This document shows, piece by piece, positions 55,818-64,000 of a stretch of DNA of 64,000 nt. The position numbers and the translations under genes are program-made. Under the pieces are notes generated by a model. That model was not told the DNA's origin. It saw only the letters and a program-made list of their open reading frames with translations, and did not search any database. Position 1 is the stretch's first letter. Every line of letters starts with the position of its first letter. The stretch lies in IMG/VR virus record IMGVR_UViG_3300032562_000004, positions 171,813 to 235,812 of that record, one strand, 5' to 3'.

Positions 55818-56552
55818 TTGAGTAGACAAAGAGCAGCAAAATCTCAAAAACGTCAAATGACACATCAAGAAAATACGATAAGGTTCGATCAGGCAAAACC
55901 AGTAAAACAGCGCCCAATTGATATAGTTCCTAGAACTAGAAATCAAGAGCGTTTAGTGCTGGCTTTACAAAGTGACGAGCAACATATCGTTGTAACAGCA
56001 GGCCCTGCGGGCACAGGCAAGACATATCTTGCCGTCCTGGCGGCAATAAAAGCCTTTAGAGAAGGAGAAGTAGATCGCATAGTACTAACTAGACCAGCAG
56101 TTTCTGTTGAAAACGAAAATCACGGATTTTTACCGGGTGACTTAAATCAAAAAATGGACCCGTGGATTAAACCAATTACAGACATACTGAGAGAGTATTA
56201 TCGTCCGCAAGACATTGCAGCGATGATCGAAGATCAGAAAATTGAAATTGCTCCGTTGTCGTTTATGCGTGGACGCACATTCAAAGACAGTTTTATTATT
56301 GCCGATGAAATGCAAAATGCCACGCCTAATCAAGTAAAAATGCTAATGACCCGTATTGGCGAAGGCAGTAAAATTGTAATCACGGGCGACGTAGAACAAG
56401 CCGATCGTAATCGCGGCAACAATGGTTTGATGGACCTTTGTTTAAGATTATCGAAAGGGGGTGTAAAGGGTATTGCTGTTTGCGATTTAGATTGTCGCGA
56501 TATACAGCGGCACAAGATCATTGATAGTGTGCTAAACCTTTACGCTGATTGA
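55818..56552 (+). CDS. phoH: PhoH-like ATPase
   Basis: GPAGTGKT, RPAV...GFLPG, MRGRT, DEMQN, TR.G..SK...GD..Q.D; TTG start after GGAG. Confidence 0.95.
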   Translation: MSRQRAAKSQKRQMTHQENTIRFDQAKPVKQRPIDIVPRTRNQERLVLALQSDEQHIVVTAGPAGTGKTYLAVLAAIKAFREGEVDRIVLTRPAVSVENENHGFLPGDLNQKMDPWIKPITDILREYYRPQDIAAMIEDQKIEIAPLSFMRGRTFKDSFIIADEMQNATPNQVKMLMTRIGEGSKIVITGDVEQADRNRGNNGLMDLCLRLSKGGVKGIAVCDLDCRDIQRHKIIDSVLNLYAD

Positions 56553-57151
56553 CCAGTAATTAGCTCGTAAATGTGCTTCCAGTTCTTTACGAGCGTTACT
56601 CCAGGATGGTAGTGATGCATGTTGTGGCCGTGCTCTATTAGTAGGGAATTTAATCCATACTTGTATCCGGCCTCAGCATTCTCGATTTTGTCTTCAATCC
56701 AAACTAGGCCAGTGCCTTCATATTCTTCTAAGGCCTCATCTTTGTGTGCGCCAGTATCCAGACACACGATGCGTTCAAAAGTATGCTCACCAAACAATTT
56801 ACTTAGATTCATCTCACGAAGTCTCTGAGCATTAGGATCTAGACTTAGTGAAGTAATACAGTGGAATTTATAACCGTGTTCCTCGACTAAGCGTTTTACA
56901 TAGTACATGGCATCGCGCTGGGCGGGAAGGAATCCAATGGCCGCACTTTCATTAAAAATGCGTATCAGCTTGACTACTTGTTCACGAGGTATGCCATAAC
57001 GGATAGACATATCGTAATTGAGCTTGCTACCTGGAACTTCTTCGAATCCGTGTTCTTGCATCCAGACATTAAAGGCCCATTCCCAATCTAACAAACAACC
57101 GTCAGCATCGGTTAGGATAAGTTTTTTTCTGTTTCTATATTTCGATTTCAT
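56540..57151 (-). CDS. HAD-family phosphatase (5'(3')-deoxyribonucleotidase-like)
   Basis: LTDADGCL, TS, WIEDK. Confidence 0.82.
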   Translation of the reverse strand: MKSKYRNRKKLILTDADGCLLDWEWAFNVWMQEHGFEEVPGSKLNYDMSIRYGIPREQVVKLIRIFNESAAIGFLPAQRDAMYYVKRLVEEHGYKFHCITSLSLDPNAQRLREMNLSKLFGEHTFERIVCLDTGAHKDEALEEYEGTGLVWIEDKIENAEAGYKYGLNSLLIEHGHNMHHYHPGVTLVKNWKHIYELITGQSA

Positions 57152-57202
57152 ATTACTATTATAGTATAATATGAATTGTTTGTCAAGTTAGTGCGTACTA
57201 AC

Positions 57203-57811
57203 TTAGACTTTGTGAGTCCCATTATACATAGGGTGATCAAACTCGGCTGACGAAATAGTGCTAAAAATATGAATTGGAAGTACTATAAGTTCAGAATCAT
57301 TAGTTTTGAAATGATGGGGAGTCATTTTTCCAAGCAAAATAACATCACCACAATTTAATTGGTACTCTTGTTGAGAATCAGCTGTACCAACAATAGATAT
57401 ACCTTGTCCCTGTACAACATAAACTACTCTTGGCGTAGCATGAATGTGATGAGCTTGTTCAGATGTATAAGGGGGAATACATAACATTTGGAATGTTGGG
57501 TCGCCTGGCCGAACTGGATTAATTAATTGTTTTGTGCTACATCCGTTGATGTAAGGTAAATCAGTTCCGCGATTAAATGTACTAGTTCTTGTTTCTGGTG
57601 TATAGCCAAAAATTTCCACACACATTTTTGTAGATAATAATGTTGTACCGTCACCTGTTTTTGATACAGCGGTATCATTGTCCAAATACCAGTAACTCGA
57701 TAGTTGATTAGTTAAAATAGTTTGCTCACCGATATACACTTTATATTGATATAAATCGCTACTCACTGATTCGTATGTAGATGGTGTGTTTGAATTAAGT
57801 ATTTGGAACAT
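57203..57811 (-). CDS. Cupin-domain protein
   Basis: QAHHIHATPRVVYVVQGQG...LNCGD...PHHF; start set at MFQIL (57811). Confidence 0.75.
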   Translation of the reverse strand: MFQILNSNTPSTYESVSSDLYQYKVYIGEQTILTNQLSSYWYLDNDTAVSKTGDGTTLLSTKMCVEIFGYTPETRTSTFNRGTDLPYINGCSTKQLINPVRPGDPTFQMLCIPPYTSEQAHHIHATPRVVYVVQGQGISIVGTADSQQEYQLNCGDVILLGKMTPHHFKTNDSELIVLPIHIFSTISSAEFDHPMYNGTHKV

Positions 57812-58091
57812 TTTTGCTTTCAGTAGGTAATGCGTGGCCATTTTCTTGTAACAATCTTTCCATAATAGCAGGATAAAATGGATAATAGTAGCCAACTATA
57901 CGCTCCCAATCTTTTGGAATAGTGCTATCACGCAACGATGCTTTAAGTACTTTGCATTCTTTAAAGTCCAAAATAACACTAGCAGTTTGCCAATCTTTAG
58001 TACGAACCCTAGTAGTTACAGTCATACCTTCGTCAATTTTACCGTTGGCTTGGTAAAAATAAGTTAACATTAAATATCTCATAGTTGGCAC
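57795..58091 (-). CDS. Hypothetical protein
   Basis: 98-aa ORF. Confidence 0.65.
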   Translation of the reverse strand: MPTMRYLMLTYFYQANGKIDEGMTVTTRVRTKDWQTASVILDFKECKVLKASLRDSTIPKDWERIVGYYYPFYPAIMERLLQENGHALPTESKNVPNT

Positions 58092-58999
58092 AATTCAGTT
58101 AATGTAGCGGACAAGTTAATTTCTTGGTCAGCTACCATAGGAACATTTACAAGCCCATTGCGAATAATAATAATTGCTTGATCCTGTTTGTGTGTATCAG
58201 TACTCCATAAGTCTAAGTTATCATACATCCAGCGGAACATACTGTCCATATCTTCAGTACTTGCTTGACTACAAATAATCTTACGGGCTTCGTTAGTCTT
58301 GCCAGCTTTAAATAATGCTACAGCGTCTAGCTTCCAATCTTTAACTGACTGATCATTGTCGCCTGGTTTAACTAAAGTGCCGGTCATGCTATTGGGTTGT
58401 ACTAAATTTAAACATTTGCGCAAGTCTGGGTAAGTGGCACGCACATAAGAATCTAGTGTGTCTAAATCAAATTCAACTTCCTCAGTCACTAATACAGTTG
58501 CTACACGAGCAGTAAACTCTGTAATATCTGTTTTTTCAATATGAAAGCCTTGGCAACGACTATGAATCGCTGGCATAATTTTATTAGGATAGTTACAAGT
58601 TAAAATAAAACGCACAGATTCTGCGTAGTCTTCCATTAAGTTACGAAGTGCTGGTTGAACAGAGTTAATGTTCATATAATCAGCTTCGTCAATCAATACT
58701 ACTTTAAATTTGCCAAATGGCATAGTACTACAAAAGCCAATTAGCTTATCAATCCACTCAACTTTTCTGGCATCTTTAGAACCGTTAGCTGACATTACAT
58801 CATATTCATCTACACCTAGCTCGTTAATTAATAACTTAGCTAATGTAGTCTTGCCTGTGCCAGGGCTACCGCTTAATAATAAATGCGGAATACTGCCTTG
58901 TTTAATCCAAGTTGTAACTTGTTGTTTTTGACTTTCGTCGGTAAACACATACCCTTCAGTAGTGTTGGGCCTAAATTTTTCTGTCCAAAGAGCCTGCAT
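58079..58999 (-). CDS. Clamp loader AAA+ subunit (gp44/RFC-like)
   Basis: WTEKFRP, GSPGTGKT, IDEADY, SRC. Confidence 0.93.
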   Translation of the reverse strand: MQALWTEKFRPNTTEGYVFTDESQKQQVTTWIKQGSIPHLLLSGSPGTGKTTLAKLLINELGVDEYDVMSANGSKDARKVEWIDKLIGFCSTMPFGKFKVVLIDEADYMNINSVQPALRNLMEDYAESVRFILTCNYPNKIMPAIHSRCQGFHIEKTDITEFTARVATVLVTEEVEFDLDTLDSYVRATYPDLRKCLNLVQPNSMTGTLVKPGDNDQSVKDWKLDAVALFKAGKTNEARKIICSQASTEDMDSMFRWMYDNLDLWSTDTHKQDQAIIIIRNGLVNVPMVADQEINLSATLTELCQL

Positions 59000-59267
59000 C
59001 TATTTCTTCCTTATCCAATATTAATTTTACATCATATCCTGCTAATTTTACAGCCGCCAAAGTTGTTTCATCTGTGCCTTTAATGTTTTCTTTATCGTAC
59101 TTAGATACTAGTCTTTCTTCATTATACACATTTAAAGGGTCGTCGTCAACTGGTTTGGCTGGTTGTGTTTTGCCAAAGATTGAATCCCAATTATTTTGAA
59201 CTGTTTCGTTTGATACTAGATTCGGCCTGCGGCCATAGCCTTTGCCACCGTCTCCGGATAATGCCAT
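58971..59267 (-). CDS. Hypothetical protein
   Basis: 98-aa ORF. Confidence 0.5.
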   Translation of the reverse strand: MALSGDGGKGYGRRPNLVSNETVQNNWDSIFGKTQPAKPVDDDPLNVYNEERLVSKYDKENIKGTDETTLAAVKLAGYDVKLILDKEEIDAGSLDRKI

Positions 59268-59479
59268 TATACCAACTCTTCAGCAATACCTAATAATTCA
59301 GCAAACACCAATAGGTATCCAGCTGACTGAATGTAAGGATTCATTTCTAACCAACCACCACCAGCAAGTGCTAGTCCAGCTATAATTCGTAATGCGCTTT
59401 TAGCTAAACTAATTCTTAAATGTTTGGCGGCATTTGGATGTTTTTCTATTTGTGTTGCGTTAGGTCTAGTTAATCCCAT
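59267..59479 (-). CDS. Small membrane protein
   Basis: Two hydrophobic segments. Confidence 0.6.
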   Translation of the reverse strand: MGLTRPNATQIEKHPNAAKHLRISLAKSALRIIAGLALAGGGWLEMNPYIQSAGYLLVFAELLGIAEELV

Positions 59480-59480
59480 A

Positions 59481-59666
59481 TTATTTTCCTTTAAAAAAAT
59501 GAAGTATATTATAAAATCTAGTTTTATAATGGGTGAACAGGGGTTTTAATATTGCTGGATGGTACGGACAGCGTCCTTGCCGATAATCACACTCAGGAGT
59601 GTATTCGTGTCCGCAAGTTGAACAATCTATCTTTTTAGTAGTTGAATTAATCTTTCTTGATCCCAT
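59481..59666 (-). CDS. Small Cys-rich protein
   Basis: CSTC...C...CPYH. Confidence 0.55.
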   Translation of the reverse strand: MGSRKINSTTKKIDCSTCGHEYTPECDYRQGRCPYHPAILKPLFTHYKTRFYNILHFFKGK

Positions 59667-59848
59667 ATTTCTTCTCCAGCAAATTTTGGTAATGAAACAA
59701 ACGCATCATCTAAATATCGTTTGAGCATATATAAATCTCTTTTACAATTCATTTGAGTAAATCCATCATTCATTGGAGAACTGATTTCACTAATCGATTC
59801 TCTTATTGCTTGATAAGCTGGATTTAAGTTGGGCTGTTTAAAACCCAT
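59627..59848 (-). CDS. Hypothetical protein
   Basis: 73-aa ORF. Confidence 0.6.
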   Translation of the reverse strand: MGFKQPNLNPAYQAIRESISEISSPMNDGFTQMNCKRDLYMLKRYLDDAFVSLPKFAGEEIWDQERLIQLLKR

Positions 59849-60243
59849 TAGCTTGGCATTTCTTGTTTTTCAATATGTACAGCAGTTGAAATACCTTCCA
59901 ATGTTGGGCACTCAACATCGTCGGATACAAGTAGTATATCCTTAGGATCAATCTTACGAACAGTTTGTTCGCCGTTTTCATCTTCTATTTCTAAACCGCG
60001 AGTCCAACGACCGTGTGCTACAAGAATCCACTGTCCTACTTTGACTGTAGTTTGTTTTGGTCCTACCGCATATACCTTACCCCAGCGTGGACGAATGCCA
60101 TGGCCCTTACCATTGTCGTTTGGAATCCAAATACCACCTTGAGTAATACGCACATCAAAAGCCATGTCATGTACAATCACATGATCTTTCACAGCTTTAA
60201 ACTGTTCTCTTTTTATTTTATGCGGTTCAAACTGATGTTTCAT
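59848..60243 (-). CDS. groES: GroES-like co-chaperonin
   Basis: DHVIV...TQGGIWIP...GKVYAVGP...VKVGQWIL...DILLV. Confidence 0.85.
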   Translation of the reverse strand: MKHQFEPHKIKREQFKAVKDHVIVHDMAFDVRITQGGIWIPNDNGKGHGIRPRWGKVYAVGPKQTTVKVGQWILVAHGRWTRGLEIEDENGEQTVRKIDPKDILLVSDDVECPTLEGISTAVHIEKQEMPS

Positions 60244-60717
60244 TTAAATCTTTCTTACAGGTTTATCTTGTTGTTGTTGACGAGCTGTTTTTTCTAACTC
60301 TTGCTTAACTGTTTTAGCACGAGCGATAGCTCCTGCCAACCCACCTTGATCGTCTGTTGTGGTTTCTGTAATACTTGCTGGTGTCGAATCTGCTACCGGC
60401 AATGGATCAGCTTGTGGGGCTATAGGAGCTGATGCTACAACTGGCTGGCCTGTTGCCATAGCTGGCGCTTGTACTGGAGCTTCTGTTGAATGTTGATGGT
60501 TAGTTTGTACTGGGCCATCTGATACATTAGTTTGGCGCTGAATGCGTCTTTGTAATTGTTGATTTCTAGAATCGATAATATTACCTTGAGCATCGATTCT
60601 GTCGCCGCGAGCATTTACGCCCATATTGCCAACAGCTCTAACATTTTCATTTTGTAAACGCATAGATCCAATGTCTACTTGTTTGCCTCTCGCTGTTTTA
60701 TATACTTTAGTTGTCAT
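60244..60717 (-). CDS. Hypothetical protein
   Basis: 157-aa ORF after TAAATA. Confidence 0.65.
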   Translation of the reverse strand: MTTKVYKTARGKQVDIGSMRLQNENVRAVGNMGVNARGDRIDAQGNIIDSRNQQLQRRIQRQTNVSDGPVQTNHQHSTEAPVQAPAMATGQPVVASAPIAPQADPLPVADSTPASITETTTDDQGGLAGAIARAKTVKQELEKTARQQQQDKPVRKI

Positions 60718-60743
60718 AATATTCTCCTGAATTCTTACTGTAT

Positions 60744-61262
60744 TTAACGCAAAAATTCGCCGATGTTTAATTTATAGTGCATAGAATCTATTTTATGTAC
60801 TCCCATTTTATATAATATAAAACTGGATACTGAACTTCCACGCCCTACACCCCAAATTACACGATTTTCTTTCATAATATCCACGAGGTACTTTAAAAAT
60901 TTGAGCAAATCAAATAAATTACGCTCTTGATATAATAATAGTTCTTCCCCGCATCGTTGTAATTCGGCTTCATTGTTACATAAATCTAGGATATACTGAG
61001 CTATATCCATATCTTTATATGCTTGTGGCACGTGCCAATTTTGTTGTTTTTCGTAATCCCATGCTGGGACAGTTTTATTGCCTTCGATAGTCCAAGGTAA
61101 AAAAGTATTTGGAAATCTTTCAACGAATTTAATTATCTTTTCAATATCAACTGTATTATCTACAATCATACCTTTGAATGAATCTAGTTTACGGCCTTGC
61201 ATTAACAGATCAACTACATCTGTTTCATTAAAAATCATTTCGCCGTAATTATTCTGTTTCAT
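60744..61262 (-). CDS. Stand-alone fragment resembling part of DNA polymerase III alpha (DnaE)
   Basis: EELLLYQERNL...KYLVD...WGVGRGSSVSS...GVHKID...L..GEFL. Confidence 0.75.
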   Translation of the reverse strand: MKQNNYGEMIFNETDVVDLLMQGRKLDSFKGMIVDNTVDIEKIIKFVERFPNTFLPWTIEGNKTVPAWDYEKQQNWHVPQAYKDMDIAQYILDLCNNEAELQRCGEELLLYQERNLFDLLKFLKYLVDIMKENRVIWGVGRGSSVSSFILYKMGVHKIDSMHYKLNIGEFLR

Positions 61263-61878
61263 CTAATCTTTTAAAATCAGCATAAACTACTGTGTTACCA
61301 TATTCATCGTCTTCTTCTGGCTTTTCAGTTATATCTTCTATATCTGGCCATTGTAAGTCTAAATCACGCCAAACACTTCCTTGATGTATTGTAACAACTT
61401 TATCAACATCAATCAAGTCTCCTTCGCAATGTACTAAATCAGCAGAGTCCCACCAAGTAGGAGATTCCAAACTGTCGATGTTTTCATTATCGCCATGTAT
61501 ATAAATTACACCATCGCCAATTACACTACTAATTTCAACTTCGCCTAGTACAATACGGTCTTCCATAATAGCTGATAACTTTTGGAATAACATTATTCCC
61601 ACTAATTGATCTACTGGATCGCCCGGAAATGTAACAACACGCAAGCCAGCATCCGCATACTTTTTACATTGTTCTTCGTGCTCGGCACTAATAAACATTG
61701 AGCTATCTAGTATATTATACACGAAATACTTAATACGGTCAAATGCTACATTATTAGCAGCACCGTCTGGTGTATTAGTCATCATGTATAACTTGGCCAC
61801 ATAGTTGTTCATTTGCATTTGACCATTATAATAAATGCCGGCGGTAAAATTAAGGGGGTATTGTATTCTTACGTTCAT
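61249..61878 (-). CDS. Hypothetical protein
   Basis: 209-aa ORF. Confidence 0.65.
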   Translation of the reverse strand: MNVRIQYPLNFTAGIYYNGQMQMNNYVAKLYMMTNTPDGAANNVAFDRIKYFVYNILDSSMFISAEHEEQCKKYADAGLRVVTFPGDPVDQLVGIMLFQKLSAIMEDRIVLGEVEISSVIGDGVIYIHGDNENIDSLESPTWWDSADLVHCEGDLIDVDKVVTIHQGSVWRDLDLQWPDIEDITEKPEEDDEYGNTVVYADFKRLDETE

Positions 61879-62099
61879 GAGATGTCAATCATTCCATCAA
61901 AGTCTGTGCCTGATTGTGCGGCCTTCATTTTACTTTGATATTTGTTTTGATAAGTTTCTAGTGCCATACGAATTTGGTTACACAAATCGTGATTCCCTAA
62001 ACGATAAGCAATACTAAGTTTTTTGTTTAATTCGGCAATCTTACCAGAGAGTTCGTCAGTAGTAAGATTATCAATACTAGGTAATAGTGGATGTTCCAT
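61875..62099 (-). CDS. Hypothetical protein
   Basis: 74 aa; TTGACA-N17-TACAAT promoter upstream. Confidence 0.65.
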   Translation of the reverse strand: MEHPLLPSIDNLTTDELSGKIAELNKKLSIAYRLGNHDLCNQIRMALETYQNKYQSKMKAAQSGTDFDGMIDIS

Positions 62100-62141
62100 A
62101 TACTAATTGTATAGGAAAAATATGGTTATGTCAATAGCTTT

Positions 62142-63041
62142 TTAGCTAAATGAAACGCCGTTGTTACCAATACAATACCAACTGCCATTGCCAAATTGTA
62201 ATGTACAAGCTGAGCCTGTAGAACTTAATGTAACATTACCAGTATTGCCTAAATTCCATCCAGCACTAGTAACAGCTACAACCATAGAGCCTGCCGCTAC
62301 ATTGGCTGCCACTAAAGTTTTAATTTGTCCAGAAACTCCATTTGGAAGTGTAGCTGTTTCAGCTGAACCTGTAGTAATATAACTTGTAGTTACTGCTAAA
62401 TTAGATACCGCACTAGCTGCTAATGATTCACTGGAATTATTAAATGGCTGTAATTCTTGATTAGTTTGATTAATCGAAATAGTAGCACCGTTAGATGATG
62501 TACTAAATGTAAATGAGTATACACCAGATGCCGCAAAAGTTATTACATTGGTACTAGGATTTAATCCTTGAATACCAGTAGTGTTAACACTAACTGCTGT
62601 AGGTAATGTTACAGTATGTGCCGCACTAGCTACAGTAATTTGAACTGTAACAACACCTTGTTGTCCTGCTATAGGCCAATTACTAAATCCTAAACTTACT
62701 GATCCACTAGTAGTAAAAGATTGGAAATGTCCTGCGGAGTAATCAATAGTAACTACATTTGATACTGGGACTAACCCAGAAACTGCTACAAATGCAAAGT
62801 CAGATACAAGAGCATTAGTTAATGGGGAATTCAACATATTGTTTTGAACAGAAAGATTTGCTCCGCCTGTTAACTGAGAATTTACAATGGATTTATTTTG
62901 TAAATCGGTAATTTCTTGTGCCGCATAGTTAAAATTCGTAGAAGTATTCGTGAAGTTATCACGAAAACCTTGCGAGTTGTTATCTTGACCGGCTACTGGG
63001 TAAGCGCCGTTAATGTTATTTGGGTTAATCTGACTTGTCAT
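62142..63041 (-). CDS. Probable virion structural protein
   Basis: YPVAGQDNNSQGFRDNF N-terminus; Ser/Thr/Asn/Gly-rich beta sequence; TAAATA-type motif upstream. Confidence 0.65.
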   Translation of the reverse strand: MTSQINPNNINGAYPVAGQDNNSQGFRDNFTNTSTNFNYAAQEITDLQNKSIVNSQLTGGANLSVQNNMLNSPLTNALVSDFAFVAVSGLVPVSNVVTIDYSAGHFQSFTTSGSVSLGFSNWPIAGQQGVVTVQITVASAAHTVTLPTAVSVNTTGIQGLNPSTNVITFAASGVYSFTFSTSSNGATISINQTNQELQPFNNSSESLAASAVSNLAVTTSYITTGSAETATLPNGVSGQIKTLVAANVAAGSMVVAVTSAGWNLGNTGNVTLSSTGSACTLQFGNGSWYCIGNNGVSFS

Positions 63042-63094
63042 TCTTAGTATCCTTGAATATGCTATTATTTAGCTAATTTGATAACTGTTTAAAA

Positions 63095-64000
63095 TTAGTA
63101 ATTAAAACTTGCTCTAGGGTAAGTTTGTCCCGTTACGGGCCTTGGACCTACTACATACCCTGGAAAAACAGGGCCTTGAGTTGATTGGCTAAACAACGCG
63201 GCAATAGCTGTTCCAATTGGGCTACCTAATCCAGTACATGCATCCCAGCCAGGAGTTGCGCTATATCCAGTAGATAAATTAGATGCGTTATCGCCTACAG
63301 TTATATCGTTAAATGCTTGGTGATTATTATAAAATAATGTATTCAATAATCCACCTTGTCTTCCGTAAAGTTGTATTAATCTAGCAATCATGCCAGCATA
63401 TAATGGACAACAAGCACTGGTTCCACCATACTGACTAAATGTATTGCCAGTGCCCCAATAAAATTGATATCCTGTATTTGGATCAGAATTGCCGGCAACA
63501 TCAGGTACTCCGCGTACTGTTAAAGGAGATACTGTTCCAGCCGGATATAATTTTGTTGTTAACCCCACTTGAAACGCTGGCTTGGCGTTATAAACACTTT
63601 TGCCACCGCCCGAAGGAGTCCAAGTTACTTCGCTAGTAATTGTAGTTCCGCTTATTTGAAGTGTTGTTCCGCCGCAACCTAATACATAAGGACTGGACGC
63701 TGGAAATAGTACTTCGGGAGACGAACTTGCCCAAGTTGAACCTTCGTCACCTGATGCTACACATACTGGGATACCAATAACTACTGCTTGAGCTAGTACT
63801 GCATTCATAGAAGCTATAGAGCCCGAAGACCAATAAGTTGTTTCGCCTGCGCCCCAACTTATAGTAAGAACACAAGGGTTATTAACAGTATCGTGTATTG
63901 CTGTATTAATTGGGTCGTACCAATCAGGTCCTGGTACAGGACTACTATCACCGCCACCATATCCAAAATACATGGCTATTGTAGCATTTGGAGCTACTCC
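63095..64000 (-). CDS. Peptidase S53 (sedolisin/kumamolisin), 3' part; ORF continues beyond the window
   Basis: ISWG, ASGDEG, PASSPYV..GGT, PDVAG, GGTSACCP, DITVGDN...GWDACTGLGSP. Confidence 0.9.
   Translation of the reverse strand, partial: GVAPNATIAMYFGYGGGDSSPVPGPDWYDPINTAIHDTVNNPCVLTISWGAGETTYWSSGSIASMNAVLAQAVVIGIPVCVASGDEGSTWASSSPEVLFPASSPYVLGCGGTTLQISGTTITSEVTWTPSGGGKSVYNAKPAFQVGLTTKLYPAGTVSPLTVRGVPDVAGNSDPNTGYQFYWGTGNTFSQYGGTSACCPLYAGMIARLIQLYGRQGGLLNTLFYNNHQAFNDITVGDNASNLSTGYSATPGWDACTGLGSPIGTAIAALFSQSTQGPVFPGYVVGPRPVTGQTYPRASFNY

Noticed and set aside
2566-63636. Numerous plus-strand ORFs of 60-120 aa in the track
   Set aside because: They lie antisense to well-supported minus-strand genes and have no motifs or SD. 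Only 5598, 37032 and phoH are accepted on the plus strand.
1-64000. Stop-codon reassignment (alternative genetic code)
   Set aside because: Conserved genes are full length under code 11, and TAA, TGA and TAG all act as stops; no suppressor tRNA was seen.

Overview
AT-rich, densely coded 64 kb segment of a large T4-like (jumbo-type) dsDNA phage. The evidence is a family B DNA polymerase, sliding clamp, clamp loader, RNase H, GroES-like protein, lysis cassette, TAAATA late-promoter motifs and five free-standing homing endonucleases. Almost all genes are on the minus strand. The CspA and ClpA sequences suggest a proteobacterial (probably betaproteobacterial) host; this is inference. Main modules, left to right: (1) cspA followed by a circularly permuted (two-piece) tmRNA with an unusually long 29-aa tag, plus a tRNA(CAU). 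(2) A ~18 kb cluster interleaving the 7-deazaguanine pathway (folE, queD, a second QueD-like protein, queE, DpdA/TGT-like transglycosylase, no clear queC) with metK, a phosphoribosyltransferase and an NDP-sugar/glycosyltransferase set. (3) Replication genes. (4) A block of late genes encoding mosaic multi-domain proteins whose modules are separated by Glu-ending linkers and whose N-termini resemble the T4 capsid-targeting sequence (deaminase, GNAT, ParB, Pol-beta NTase, zincin, gp88-like domains). (5) clpA/dnaJ, lysis genes, phoH, clamp loader, groES, a DnaE fragment and an S53 peptidase running off the right edge. Non-coding findings include a three-copy covarying RNA leader tied to homing endonucleases (one copy is a deletion relic), an orphan late-promoter-driven multi-stem RNA, and structured leaders before queD and the DNA polymerase. 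All family assignments come from motif recognition by eye; no database search was run.
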